Shown here in pieces: positions 49,786-60,329 of a stretch of DNA of 64,000 bases. The stretch is from Gemmatimonadota bacterium (GTDB lineage Bacteria; JBHIER01; G020348925): the NCBI GenBank assembly GCA_020348925.1, contig CP070758.1, positions 4,711,775 through 4,775,774 of the forward strand, written 5' to 3'. The translations under genes and the position numbers were made by a program. The notes under the pieces are model-generated. The model searched no databases and was not told the DNA's origin. It was given only the letters and a program-made list of their open reading frames with translations. Positions within the stretch are counted from its first letter, which is position 1; each line of letters starts with the position of its first letter.

Positions 49786-51465
49786 ATGTTAAAGGTTCTA
49801 ACATATATGTTATTTTTGTGTATCCTTGTTTCCGGACAAATTAATGACAAACAGGTGGTCGCTTCAGAACTTTCTTACGAACCTGTGTTGGCAAAATTTC
49901 TCACGAAAGAAAAAAGCGCTCCCGTGATCCACCCCATTGTCTGGGAAAGAGCTGCTTCAACGCCTTCGACTCCTGACGTTGTCGTGTGGATCTTCTTTAC
50001 TGACAAAGGAATTTCTTCAAAAGAAGAGTATCGGACTGCACGCCACGAAACAGAGAGACAACTGTCTGAACGCACGGTGCGAAGAAGAGAGAAGGTCAGC
50101 AGTAAAATTGATTTTACTGATCTGCCGGTTAAGAGGGAATATATCGAAGCAGTCTTAAACCTCGGGGCAAAGCACCGAACTACGACGAAATGGTTCAACG
50201 GCATGAGCGCTGAGGTGCCGTTGGGGAGGCTGGAGGAAATTGCAAACCTGCCCTTTGTCCGGGAGATCCGGCTGGTCAACGGATCGAAGAGGGAACCGAT
50301 CCAGGTGAAAAGAGACGTGGAAAAACCTCCGGTGCCGCACCAACAGTACCAGTTGGACTACGGTCCTTCCCTCGGTCAGCTTGAACAGATCAATGTGCCC
50401 GCTGTCCACGAATTGGGGTACAGCGGCGATGGGGTCATTCTCTGTATATTGGATACAGGATTTAATCTTAACCACGAGTCTCTCCAGCACGTGAATCTTA
50501 TTGCCGAATATGATTTCATAAATAAGGACGGGACGACGGCCAATGAGCCCGGCGATCCTCGTACTCAAGAGGACCACGGAACATCCGTTCTCTCCACAGT
50601 GGGCGGAGCCAGTTCCGGTAACCTCTATGGACCGGCCTACGGTGCAAGTTACATCTTGGCTAAAACCGAAGACATCTCCTCGGAAACCACGGTGGAGGAG
50701 GATTACTGGGTAGCCGCCCTCGAATGGGCCGATGGGTTGGGCGCTGATATAGCCTCAAGCTCTCTCATATATATCAACTGGTACACCTATGAGGACATGG
50801 ACGGCAACACGGCCGTCATCACCAAAGCCGCCGATATGGCTGCGGCCAAAGGCATCCTCGTGTGCAACGCCGCGGGCAACGAGCGGGATGATGAGTGGTT
50901 CTACATCGGAGCCCCGGCCGATGCCGATTCCATCCTCGCCTGTGGGGCAGTGACTGAAAATGGCCAAATCGCCTTCTTCAGCTCGTCCGGCCCCTCTTCG
51001 GACGGGCGAACAAAACCGGAAGTCGCAGCCCGGGGCGACCGCACCTATGTCGCGGATCCGTCCAATCCTGCTCACTATTATAATGCATTAGGCACTTCCT
51101 ATGCCACGCCCTTGATCGCAGGCGCAGCCGCCCTCGTCCTGGAAGCTCACCCGGACTGGACACCCTTACAGGTCAGAGAGGCCCTCATGATGACGGCCAG
51201 CCAGGCGCACAATCCGAACAACCTTTACGGTTGGGGCATTATCGATGCCCTGGCCGCCATGAATTACGGATCGACGGAATCGAAAGGCGATATTAACGGA
51301 GACGGCATTTTCAATATTACTGACATCAAGATGGCGGTCGATTTCATTCTCAATTTTCGCATACCATTTCACGATCAAGGCTGGGCGGCCGACTGCAATG
51401 ATGACGGTGAAATCGATGTCATTGATATAATCTGTATTGTACGGCTATCTCTCGATGACGGTTAA
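49786..51465 (+). CDS. Secreted S8 subtilisin-like peptidase with C-terminal dockerin
   Basis: Triad LDTG / HGT / GTSYATP, oxyanion AAGN; GDINGDGIFNITD / ADCNDDGEIDVID; SD AAGGAG. Confidence 0.92.
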   Translation: MLKVLTYMLFLCILVSGQINDKQVVASELSYEPVLAKFLTKEKSAPVIHPIVWERAASTPSTPDVVVWIFFTDKGISSKEEYRTARHETERQLSERTVRRREKVSSKIDFTDLPVKREYIEAVLNLGAKHRTTTKWFNGMSAEVPLGRLEEIANLPFVREIRLVNGSKREPIQVKRDVEKPPVPHQQYQLDYGPSLGQLEQINVPAVHELGYSGDGVILCILDTGFNLNHESLQHVNLIAEYDFINKDGTTANEPGDPRTQEDHGTSVLSTVGGASSGNLYGPAYGASYILAKTEDISSETTVEEDYWVAALEWADGLGADIASSSLIYINWYTYEDMDGNTAVITKAADMAAAKGILVCNAAGNERDDEWFYIGAPADADSILACGAVTENGQIAFFSSSGPSSDGRTKPEVAARGDRTYVADPSNPAHYYNALGTSYATPLIAGAAALVLEAHPDWTPLQVREALMMTASQAHNPNNLYGWGIIDALAAMNYGSTESKGDINGDGIFNITDIKMAVDFILNFRIPFHDQGWAADCNDDGEIDVIDIICIVRLSLDDG

Positions 51466-51524
51466 AAGCTGTCTCTTTGAAATTGAAACAAAGGGAAGAA
51501 CCAATAATATGCACAAGGAGGAGA

Positions 51525-54077
51525 TCAAGGTGAGCCGAAGCGGAATTTGACGCCCAGGGTTACCCGTCGTCCCACGTCCCAGGCGCTGGGATCACCCAGC
51601 TCACCACCCGCTTCTCCATCTGCAGCCACCCACAGCAAATTCTTTCGGTCGAAGAGATTCCGCACATCCACATACCCCATAAACGCAAGACTTCTCCCGA
51701 TCCGAAAATCCTTCGTGAACTTGATGTCGAGATAGGTGACGCTCTCCATACGTTCGTTGTTCGGTTTAAAGAGCACTTCCTCTTCATCAGGTCTCTGTAA
51801 CAGCCCATCCTCGGACGGATACTTGGTATAAGGCCGTGGGCTATGCCACCGCCAGACCACGTTCGCCCCCCACTGCTGTGGGACACCGATAAATAAATCC
51901 AAAACAACGGTGTGACGCTGATCCCAGCTCAAGTAGTACATTTCGTTGGGGATTTCGAAGCCCCACATGAAGTAGTTGAGTCCCTGTTCCGCATTGGCGC
52001 TGAATCCCTTGGCCGTCATATACGTGTAGCTCAGCTTGCCCGAGGTCAAATGGCTGTATTTTTTATCAAGAATGAGCTCCCACCCCTTCGATTCGGCATA
52101 GGGCAGATTCACGTACTGCACGAAACCGTCCTCTTCCGCTTTGCTGTCAGGATTTAGAAAAGTCTTCGTATCGATCAGGTTTGACGTCTCTTTTTGAAAG
52201 TAGGTGATCGATCCTAGAAGATCTTGTCTCAATTCGTGTTTGTAGCTGAACTCGTACGCCTTTGTCCGCTCGGGCTTCAAATCCGGATCGCCGAACAGGA
52301 GACGGGCACCTTTCTTCAGGTCAAAGTCCAGCCCGGTGTACAAGTAATCGAAGAGCGGAATCTGGAAAAAATAACCGAAGTTGAAGAAGAAGAATCCTTT
52401 TTCGATCACCGGAAAAGAGAAGCCGATCCTGGGGCTGATCTGGCTTTTCCGACCGGCAGGCACCCAGGCTTTCACCGACTGCCCATGCTCGTATTCCGTC
52501 TCAGTTGTCGGGACCCACTCCACAAGCGGTCGCTTGGCCCGGGGATCGAGAAGATCGTAGCGGAGACCGATGTTGGCCGCAAACCACTCGTTATCCATCT
52601 TATCCTGGACGTAGAGTGCCAATTGCCAGGGACGGTATTTGTAATAGCTGCTGAACTCCAATGGAATCGGATCATCGTTTTCGTCAAACAGGGTCCGCCC
52701 CCAGAAGGTCCTCTTGTGCTCAATTTTAAGCAGGTCCTTCTCCAGATCGAAGTACTGAAACTCGGCCCCGCACTTGAGCAGGTGGATGTCGCCGATCTGG
52801 CGGGATATGTCGCCCTTGAGGATGGAGATGTTCTCCTTCGCATCCTGCCACCACAGCCTCTCCCCCTGGATCACAAAATAGTTGAAGGGTCGTTCGTACT
52901 CCCACGCCTGATTAAGGTCGAGATCCTCCTTGTCGCCTTCGCCCAGTTTATCGTGAATGGTATAGTGACTCAGACTGAGCTTGTAGAATGTCTTGGGGGA
53001 TAGGGTGTGGGTCAGTGTGGCACTCAACCGATATGACCACTTCTGCCGCGGCGGCAGCCCTTCGAGATTCCTGTACCAGCGGAATTCATATTCCCGCCAG
53101 TCCCAGTACGAATAGAGGATCTGAGTGGTTAACCGCAGGTTCGGGCTCAAAGTGACATTGACCTTTCCGATGCTGTTGTAATTCTTTTCGATGGGCGAAC
53201 CGAAAACCGGCGTCATATGTTGATGCCACCGCGTATCCGAAAGACGCACATTACTCGACAAAAAGTACGTCACGGTCCCTCGCCGAAGAGGTCCGCTGGC
53301 CAACACTTCCACTTCAGTCGTATGGTTCGACTCTTGTATACCAACCCGGTCATCGGAACCTTCAACCCGAATTTTATGATCATCGCCGCCGCTTTTCGTC
53401 ACAATGTTGACAATCCCGGACATGGCATTGCCGTACTCGGCGTTGAATCCTCCCGTCTGCACCGTCATTTCAACGATGGACGCATTGGGCAGATCGCTCC
53501 CCTGACCACCGGCGATGGCCTCCTGAATGGGCAGGTCGTCCACCAGATAGAGCACCTCGGTCTCCCGTCCGCCCCGAATATGACCGTCGGCCGTTGCGCC
53601 CGGCTGGAGCATCACCACATCTTTGAAGGAATCGATGGGCATCTCCTCAATCTTGTCCCCGGTGATGGAGTGGGTGCTGGACGTGATGTCCTGCTGGATC
53701 AGGGGACGCTCCGCTCTCACCACCACTTCTCGCCCAAGTTCCAGGACCGACGCTTCGAGCTGAATGTCCAGGTTCGTCCGCAAATCCATGATGATGGCCA
53801 CGTTCTCCACGATGTATGGCGTAAATCCGAGAAGCGAAGCCTTGATACGATAGACACCGGCGGGTATATTATGAATAATGAACTTTCCCTCTTTGCCCGT
53901 CGCCGCCCCGAAATGGGTTCCCAAGATGAGAATATTCACACCGGGAAGCGGCTCTTTCGACTCCTTATCCACAACGGTTCCCACCAACGTCCCCACCGTA
54001 CCAGCGTAAATATTATGGTTGAGGACTATGATCAAAAGGGCCAGCAAAATGTATGACGCGATAGTTTTATCTCTCAT
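51525..54077 (-). CDS. TonB-dependent receptor with N-terminal carboxypeptidase-regulatory-like domain
   Basis: EPLPGVNI, HIRGGR, GGFNAEYGNAMSGIVN, SPRIG, LKPERT, YLSWDQRH. Confidence 0.92.
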   Translation of the reverse strand: MRDKTIASYILLALLIIVLNHNIYAGTVGTLVGTVVDKESKEPLPGVNILILGTHFGAATGKEGKFIIHNIPAGVYRIKASLLGFTPYIVENVAIIMDLRTNLDIQLEASVLELGREVVVRAERPLIQQDITSSTHSITGDKIEEMPIDSFKDVVMLQPGATADGHIRGGRETEVLYLVDDLPIQEAIAGGQGSDLPNASIVEMTVQTGGFNAEYGNAMSGIVNIVTKSGGDDHKIRVEGSDDRVGIQESNHTTEVEVLASGPLRRGTVTYFLSSNVRLSDTRWHQHMTPVFGSPIEKNYNSIGKVNVTLSPNLRLTTQILYSYWDWREYEFRWYRNLEGLPPRQKWSYRLSATLTHTLSPKTFYKLSLSHYTIHDKLGEGDKEDLDLNQAWEYERPFNYFVIQGERLWWQDAKENISILKGDISRQIGDIHLLKCGAEFQYFDLEKDLLKIEHKRTFWGRTLFDENDDPIPLEFSSYYKYRPWQLALYVQDKMDNEWFAANIGLRYDLLDPRAKRPLVEWVPTTETEYEHGQSVKAWVPAGRKSQISPRIGFSFPVIEKGFFFFNFGYFFQIPLFDYLYTGLDFDLKKGARLLFGDPDLKPERTKAYEFSYKHELRQDLLGSITYFQKETSNLIDTKTFLNPDSKAEEDGFVQYVNLPYAESKGWELILDKKYSHLTSGKLSYTYMTAKGFSANAEQGLNYFMWGFEIPNEMYYLSWDQRHTVVLDLFIGVPQQWGANVVWRWHSPRPYTKYPSEDGLLQRPDEEEVLFKPNNERMESVTYLDIKFTKDFRIGRSLAFMGYVDVRNLFDRKNLLWVAADGEAGGELGDPSAWDVGRRVTLGVKFRFGSP

Positions 54078-54829
54078 GGTCCCTCAATAACGTACCCTTC
54101 CTTGCATTTCGGAGTGACCGGTGTCCAACCCAATGGGGAAAGATACTCTATATAAAATTCAATCTCCTCGCTTTGCCAAGAGTCTCCCACAAACTCCCGG
54201 AACAGTTGAATTGTCGCCTGTGCCCCAATCTCTATCGGAGCGTGAAAGACAACGACAGAATCGGCAGTAAAAGAAGAGAGGGTGTCACAGTGGCGGTAGT
54301 ATGTATCGTGATTTTTATCGTACTCAATGCGTTCGACAACGGAATAGTCTTCGTAGGTAACTTTTGAAGGAAAGCTGTCCCCGTAATCGTCCGTATGGTC
54401 CCAGATAAACCGGTCCCCGGAAAAGACAGTATATGTTTCGCCGGGCTGAATGATGAGGATCTCATCGGAGAGGGTATCAAGAACCGTCAACGTGCGGACT
54501 TTCGTGGTATCGTTTTTATCCCAGATTCTGATCTGGGCATCAATGTATTTCGTACCCACAACAGGTTCATCGAAGACATTTTCCACCCGGACGCGAAAAT
54601 AGACGAGCCAGGCGGTTAAAATATTAAACTCACGCCAGGTCATACCATCCGGGACTTCGTATTCATTGCGATAATTGTTCTCCTGCGCGTACCTTTCGAA
54701 ATCCGTCGTGAGCAGGACCGTCAACACCTCCTCAAGCTCCGTTCCTGGACCTTCCGGCAATTTTTCACTGCACCCACAAAAAGGGCACACACTCAAAAAC
54801 AACACCACCCATAGGTATCTCAGGCTCAT
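54074..54829 (-). CDS. Hypothetical lipoprotein
   Basis: Lipobox-like FCGC; stop overlaps the TonB receptor start. Confidence 0.75.
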   Translation of the reverse strand: MSLRYLWVVLFLSVCPFCGCSEKLPEGPGTELEEVLTVLLTTDFERYAQENNYRNEYEVPDGMTWREFNILTAWLVYFRVRVENVFDEPVVGTKYIDAQIRIWDKNDTTKVRTLTVLDTLSDEILIIQPGETYTVFSGDRFIWDHTDDYGDSFPSKVTYEDYSVVERIEYDKNHDTYYRHCDTLSSFTADSVVVFHAPIEIGAQATIQLFREFVGDSWQSEEIEFYIEYLSPLGWTPVTPKCKEGYVIEGP

Positions 54830-55166
54830 TCCTGCTGTTCACCCTCGTAAAGACATTCTTTGAAATGGCCGTTTTCGAAAAATCGGCTCGAACAACATTT
54901 GAAAACTGAATTGTCTCTTGTTTGCTCTCTTCAACCACAATACCGTTGTCTTAAAGTTACACAATCTCCAATTCTCGGTCAAGCATCAATATTATTTTTC
55001 ACGTCTCTAAAAGAAAGACTGTGGCCCCCTCATAGAGTTCCTCTCTGCGGTGTTCCCGGCAAAAAAATTCTGGAACTTCTTTTCGAACGAGAGGGCTTCG
55101 TGATGCAGCATAAGAATCGATATTCTGTTGTCACACCTTTCTTCTGATCCGCAAGAAAGCACACAT

Positions 55167-58100
55167 CTATTTCAGGAGGATCATCTTTCTCGTCCGATGA
55201 AAGTCAGCCCGACTCTGTCGGGACGTTCCGCCCACCATCAGTTGATAGAAATAGATTCCTGTTGGCACTTCGTTTCCTCGCCCATCTTTACCATCCCAGG
55301 TCACAGTGTAATACCCAGCTTCCTGAACCTCATCCACCAACGTTCGCACCTCCTGTCCGAGAATGTTATAGATCTTGAGAGAAACAAGAGGCAAGAGGTT
55401 AGAGGTAAGAGAGGATTGCTGTCCATTGTCTTGCGTTGTGTATCCTGTTTCTTGCTTCTGGATTCTTGCCTCTGGTATCTGGTATCGGATGGTGGTGGTT
55501 GGGTTGAAGGGATTGGGGTAGTTCTGACTCAGGTCATATTCGGTCGGGACACCGGCCGGTTCATCTCTCTCAATTCCCGTCTCACCCACCGTCAAAAGAA
55601 CCGGTATGACCACAGGACCCCTTTGAGGCTGGTTATTCTCAACAAGGAGGTTTACGCTGTACTCTCCCGGTAGGAGCTCCGCAGCCTTAAAACTCAGAGT
55701 TATCTCGCCGGTGTGCCCGGATTGAACGGTTCCGAACATCGGTTCCATCTCTAACCACCCGCTGCGATAGGTAGAATATGGAATATAAAATCCTCCATCA
55801 GGAGCCACGTCCTCCGTCACATACATACCCATATCCATTTCTTCGATATTAAGAATCTGAAAAACTGTGTTTATCCTCCGAGGATTTCCAATATTGGAAA
55901 GGCGAATGCCGACCTCCAGGGAATCTGCATGAACCGGTAACTTTTCATGGGAGAGGGAGGATTCGAAATTGAATCCCTCTATTCTCGGGTCCCAGCGAAC
56001 AAGGTAGGAGTTTGCCCCAGTGATGATGACATATTCGGCTCCGACATCCCATGATTCTGAACCCGTTTGCCTATTATTGTCCGCGTCTATCCAGATTAAT
56101 AGCTCAAAATTGTTACGGGGATCCGACCAGGATTCATGGGTTGTAACCTTGAAGAATATATTTCGATCGTCATTCTGGGCGTAGAGTTTATGCAAATCGT
56201 ACGTGTTCTCCGGTTCATCTCCATCAATAAATATGAGGTGCCAACCCTCAGGATCAGGAGCAAAAGCTGACTCAGACCTCACCACATCCTGAGGTGGCCT
56301 GGGGAGTGAATCCAAGATTATATCATCGACGTGAAAATTGTTTGCCATAGAAATGAAATGTGGTTCCGAGATCACCGGCATCAAAAAGGACGTCCCCATT
56401 TCCACAAGACCATAATGAAGTTGGCCAGTGTAGGTGTTGCGGATCTCCAGGGTGCTCTCCCTTGTCTCTCCCGGATCGAGTCGGACGACAAAGGAATCTG
56501 GATCACACTCGATGCGCGGTGATGCCAAGGGAAAAAACATCCCACTCGTATCAGGGGGACATGAGATCTCCTCCCAGTCCGAAGGGAGAAAACCAGCCGC
56601 TTCAGCACGAAGCAGATACCTGCCGTTTACGAGAGCGAACACGAAATCGCCGGTGTCATCAGCCGGAGTAAGACCCTCATCGTCGTATTCATGTGTGACC
56701 TCATCAAGGGGCCCCAACCAACGAAGGGTCGCTCCGGGAATTCCCAGCCCGGTGCCTACGTCAGTAATACGACCCGCAAGGGTACTGGTCAGATACACGG
56801 TAACGCTGAAGCTTTCATGCCACACGTTCCCCGGATCATCCGTCAACTCCAACTGAAAAGTCACCTTGTGTTCCTGGGGAGTTTCCGGCGAAATGTCCAA
56901 GACAAATGCATCCAAGGATTCTTCGGTAGAATCCGGATCGATGTCACCAAAGTGGGCTGTAGAATTCGTGATGATCACGAACTCGTCCTCCGTAGCGAGA
57001 GTTCCCATGATACTTTCTCCGGACAAGAGCCCGGCGTTCGTAAGCGATACCATAAGCTCCACCTTTTCACCGGGATTTGGGAAACCGTCACCGTCACCAC
57101 TGCTCGCTCCCCGGTCGTCATCGTCAATGCGGCACTCCGCGAAGCACATCTTCGCTCTCACATCGATGGGACGCTCCCGGAACCAGCTGAACACGGCCTC
57201 AAGGACCCGGTACCTCTCTTCGAAGGATTCTATGCATTCGATCCCAAAGGAGAAATAGGCTGCCTTGTAAACCTCCGTTTCAACTGCTATGGCTCCACAA
57301 CCACTGGAGAGAATTCGACCAGGACCCTCATCCGTGGTCCGATCGTACTCAAAGATTCCAAAGGCCGGTGGAACCGGATCGATTTCACCCGGCCAACCCT
57401 GAACAGATCCTTCTGTGGCCAAACTGATGGACATCCCCTCAGTGATGGGATTCCCCTCAATGCCCAGGAGATGATGGAGCTGGGTCATGAAATTGACATA
57501 TCTTGCCCGGAGATACTGAGTGTAGAATTCCGTATTGCCGATGTAGACACCGAGCATGCTTCCCGTGAGAACAAGGTGCCCTCCGCTATCCAAAAATTGG
57601 GCCAGCGATTCCTGATCCTGCTCAGTCAATGTGCTGGTCGCCTCGGAGCCGGTAAACCATATCACGTCCTCGAATACCAAGAGGGTCTCGAGAGGAACTG
57701 CACCTTCATGAACAACGGACCACAGGCAATAGGGCATTCCCATCTCAGTGAGAACTTCGGTATACCGTTCTGAATTCCCCACCACTCCATCATCGGCCAC
57801 CACCAGAATTTTGTCATGATTCATGAGGACGCTGAAAGAAACATCCGCCCGACAGAACCCGCCGCCCTCGGTGAGGTGCAGTTGAAAGGGGATAACGTGA
57901 TTCGCTGCACTCCCCTTTATGTAAAAGAAGAAAGGGGAGTCCCGGTTGTTACCCAGAGAGTCCACGGGAATATCGGTGAAGACGGCAGCCTCGTCGAGCA
58001 GAACAACGTCGGCAGAGGTACTGGTTAATGTTGCCGCGACATCAGTGGCTGCTCGGAGACCGTGATTTCCCAGATTGAGCGTGAGATAACACGTTTCTCC

Positions 58101-58550
58101 CCGCTCGGGAATGGTGTTGGTATTTCCTATCACATCATCAATTGTAAAAGAGGAGAAGACAAACTCCGGTTGGGCCACGGTGAGGCTGACGGATTCGTCC
58201 CACACATTTCCTTTAATATCCCGCAGCCGAAAGGAGAAAAAGATCGAGTGGCGATTGCGAGTATCTTGCGATACTTCGACGGTAAAAGCTCTTTCTCCCG
58301 AACACGCTGTACCCGGAGCCACATTCCCAAAACCCACCTCTCCATTCAAAACAGTCGCACAGGGATCTGTCGTAGTGAGGACAGCCGACAGACCAGGTGC
58401 CATGGCATCGCCGTAATTGTGGACATCGATCGTGAGTTCAATCGTCTCCCCCGGATCGACAAAACCGTTGCCATTCCCCAAGCTCATTCCCAGGCTGTCG
58501 TCGTCGACAACATAGCCGACAAAATCAAAAAGTGGGTGAGGATTCGAGTA
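55167..58550 (-). CDS. Large secreted multidomain protein (repeated DD..GNGNG..DPGE Ig-like modules) with CTD; 5' end lost in gap
   Basis: Frame open to the gap (YSNPHPLFDFVGYVVDDDSLGMSLGNGNG); three related modules; QNYPNPFNP...RKMILLK. Confidence 0.85.
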   Translation of the reverse strand, partial: YSNPHPLFDFVGYVVDDDSLGMSLGNGNGFVDPGETIELTIDVHNYGDAMAPGLSAVLTTTDPCATVLNGEVGFGNVAPGTACSGERAFTVEVSQDTRNRHSIFFSFRLRDIKGNVWDESVSLTVAQPEFVFSSFTIDDVIGNTNTIPERGETCYLTLNLGNHGLRAATDVAATLTSTSADVVLLDEAAVFTDIPVDSLGNNRDSPFFFYIKGSAANHVIPFQLHLTEGGGFCRADVSFSVLMNHDKILVVADDGVVGNSERYTEVLTEMGMPYCLWSVVHEGAVPLETLLVFEDVIWFTGSEATSTLTEQDQESLAQFLDSGGHLVLTGSMLGVYIGNTEFYTQYLRARYVNFMTQLHHLLGIEGNPITEGMSISLATEGSVQGWPGEIDPVPPAFGIFEYDRTTDEGPGRILSSGCGAIAVETEVYKAAYFSFGIECIESFEERYRVLEAVFSWFRERPIDVRAKMCFAECRIDDDDRGASSGDGDGFPNPGEKVELMVSLTNAGLLSGESIMGTLATEDEFVIITNSTAHFGDIDPDSTEESLDAFVLDISPETPQEHKVTFQLELTDDPGNVWHESFSVTVYLTSTLAGRITDVGTGLGIPGATLRWLGPLDEVTHEYDDEGLTPADDTGDFVFALVNGRYLLRAEAAGFLPSDWEEISCPPDTSGMFFPLASPRIECDPDSFVVRLDPGETRESTLEIRNTYTGQLHYGLVEMGTSFLMPVISEPHFISMANNFHVDDIILDSLPRPPQDVVRSESAFAPDPEGWHLIFIDGDEPENTYDLHKLYAQNDDRNIFFKVTTHESWSDPRNNFELLIWIDADNNRQTGSESWDVGAEYVIITGANSYLVRWDPRIEGFNFESSLSHEKLPVHADSLEVGIRLSNIGNPRRINTVFQILNIEEMDMGMYVTEDVAPDGGFYIPYSTYRSGWLEMEPMFGTVQSGHTGEITLSFKAAELLPGEYSVNLLVENNQPQRGPVVIPVLLTVGETGIERDEPAGVPTEYDLSQNYPNPFNPTTTIRYQIPEARIQKQETGYTTQDNGQQSSLTSNLLPLVSLKIYNILGQEVRTLVDEVQEAGYYTVTWDGKDGRGNEVPTGIYFYQLMVGGTSRQSRADFHRTRKMILLK
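55381..55487 (-). repeat. Degenerate heptamer tandem repeat with terminal inverted repeats inside the CTD coding sequence
   Basis: CAGATAC CAGAGGC AAGAATC CAGAAGC AAGAAAC AGGATAC...CTCTTAC CTCTAAC CTCTTGC CTCTTGT; inverted repeat AGAGGCAAGA (55387-55396) / TCTTGCCTCT (55464-55473). Confidence 0.7.
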
Positions 58551-58650
58551 NNNNNNNNNNNNNNNNNNNNNNNNNNNNNNNNNNNNNNNNNNNNNNNNNN
58601 NNNNNNNNNNNNNNNNNNNNNNNNNNNNNNNNNNNNNNNNNNNNNNNNNN
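58551..58650. other. Assembly gap (100 N)
   Basis: Run of N. Confidence 1.
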
Positions 58651-58836
58651 AGGTGTTGGCTGTCCCACGGAATTCAGTCCTTTGTATGTTCGGGAACTTA
58701 CCTGCACTCCCCCGGCGCCGATGACACTGCTTGCAATACGGTAACTTGGAGCTGGTTGTGCATGGATGGTATTCAGAAAAACACCGATAATAAAACAGCA
58801 TCCAAGCAAGCGAAATAAGTTTTTTATCACGTACAT
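58651..58836 (-). CDS. N-terminus of a secreted protein, truncated by gap
   Basis: SD GAGGAGG, signal peptide ...IHAQ, SSVIGAGG...SVGQP. Confidence 0.7.
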
Positions 58837-58991
58837 CACCTCCTCAGCGATGTATCAAGTATGTTATCAATACGCGCTGTGTTAATCTTTCACAGTTTTC
58901 TCCTCACTTCTCAGTTCTTGTCTCCTGTACAGCCTCTCCCGAGTATCATCAAGAGATCGAGGTTGTTGATCTTTTATATTTTCTGCCTCAT

Positions 58992-59762
58992 TTATTTCAT
59001 CAGCACCATTCGCCTTGTCGACGCGTAATTGCCGGTTTCGAGACGGTAGAAATAGACCCCACTTACCACTTCCCGCCCCGATCGATCCCGTCCATTCCAT
59101 GTTACAGTGTAGTAACCAGGAGCCAGAACCGAATTCACCAGGACCGCTACTTCCTGCCCCAAGACATTGTATATCGCCAGCTTGGTCTGAAGTGGAGATC
59201 CACTATTAGCTATCTGGTATCGAATATCTGTGTTGGGATTGAACGGATTTGGAAAATTCTGGGCCAAGTCGTGAGAGGACGGGATCAAACGAGTACCTGA
59301 ATTATATCCATTATCTATCGAGGTAGTCCCGATACGGACGCCCTCAATCGTTCCCGTCGTAACACAAGCAGGGATGAATTCACAGCCCACTCCACCACTT
59401 ACTGTATACTCTGAAGTAAACTGGAACGTATACTCATTTCCTGTAATACTCCCGGAACCTGTCATGTGATACGTGTAGACGCACACCTCAATATCCTGTG
59501 TATACGTACAATCGAGATTCCACTGATTTCCCTCACTCTCTACATGGCATTGCTGATACTCGCTTGGAAGTTCAAAAGTCGTATCTTCCTCTGTATACGT
59601 TACTGTATCCGTCAAATCCTGTGTTATAACCGGCATACCGGGACACTCTGTCTCGTAATGCATGGTCAACGCCCAAGTCCCCTCAAGGGTCTGAGCTATT
59701 GCGTATTGAGCCATTGTCACCACGGAAAATAACGCGATCACAACAGGTATTAATTTCTTCAT
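58992..59762 (-). CDS. Secreted beta-rich hypothetical protein with CTD
   Basis: Signal peptide, six Cys in the N-domain, QNFPNPFNP...RRMVLMK. Confidence 0.85.
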   Translation of the reverse strand: MKKLIPVVIALFSVVTMAQYAIAQTLEGTWALTMHYETECPGMPVITQDLTDTVTYTEEDTTFELPSEYQQCHVESEGNQWNLDCTYTQDIEVCVYTYHMTGSGSITGNEYTFQFTSEYTVSGGVGCEFIPACVTTGTIEGVRIGTTSIDNGYNSGTRLIPSSHDLAQNFPNPFNPNTDIRYQIANSGSPLQTKLAIYNVLGQEVAVLVNSVLAPGYYTVTWNGRDRSGREVVSGVYFYRLETGNYASTRRMVLMK

Positions 59763-59824
59763 TTTTGTTTCTCCTTTTCAAAAATAGTATGAATGTGATT
59801 TTCAATCCGGCCCTGAGAGGCATA

Positions 59825-59861
59825 AACAAACCGGAATTCTGTGAGAGACTTCCGGCTTTTT
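59825..59861 (-). terminator. Intrinsic terminator-like hairpin
   Basis: Minus strand GCCGGAAGTCT-CTCAC-AGAATTCCGGT-TTGTTT, downstream of the 101-aa gene. Confidence 0.5.
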
Positions 59862-59911
59862 GTCCATCTCTCCAAGTAAAAATTCACGCCGCATTCGCTT
59901 GGTTCGCGGCT

Positions 59912-60217
59912 CTATGACCACTTTTTGCCAAGTGTATCAAGCCCGGCTCTCTCTAAATCCTCCGGAGTCATAGCAACACGGAATTCTACGTCTGCGTTGA
60001 AATGAAGGAACCACGGTTCTGCAAAAGAGGGAACCCTGGATGGATCGTCGACATTGACAACCATCATCGCTCCACGGTGTCCTTCAAATTCTGTGAAGTA
60101 AACCGCTTCCGGTTTCGTTTCGCCCAGAATACGTTTCATTTTTTCTCCCACGGTACCGTCCTCGACGGCAGTGTTGAACTTGTCGTGGGGAATTTTAATG
60201 CGCAACAGCATTCGCAT
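59912..60217 (-). CDS. Conserved small ferredoxin-fold hypothetical protein (GYD/DUF3303-like)
   Basis: KPEAVYFTE..GHRG, AEPWFLHFNADVEF..AMTPEDL; SD AGGAGG. Confidence 0.8.
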   Translation of the reverse strand: MRMLLRIKIPHDKFNTAVEDGTVGEKMKRILGETKPEAVYFTEFEGHRGAMMVVNVDDPSRVPSFAEPWFLHFNADVEFRVAMTPEDLERAGLDTLGKKWS

Positions 60218-60329
60218 TTTTTACCTCCTGTTTTAAAGTTGTCGAACCCGTCTGTCTGCCCAAAACATGTGTTGCATGAACATTTCCTGCTCTTTCTTGA
60301 ATAGTCTCGATTCGGTTGAACGATTGTCG

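Noticed and set aside
58484-58839. Joining the secreted N-terminus at 58651-58836 to the large protein below the gap
   Set aside because: Gap size and contig order are unknown, so there is no evidence they are one gene.
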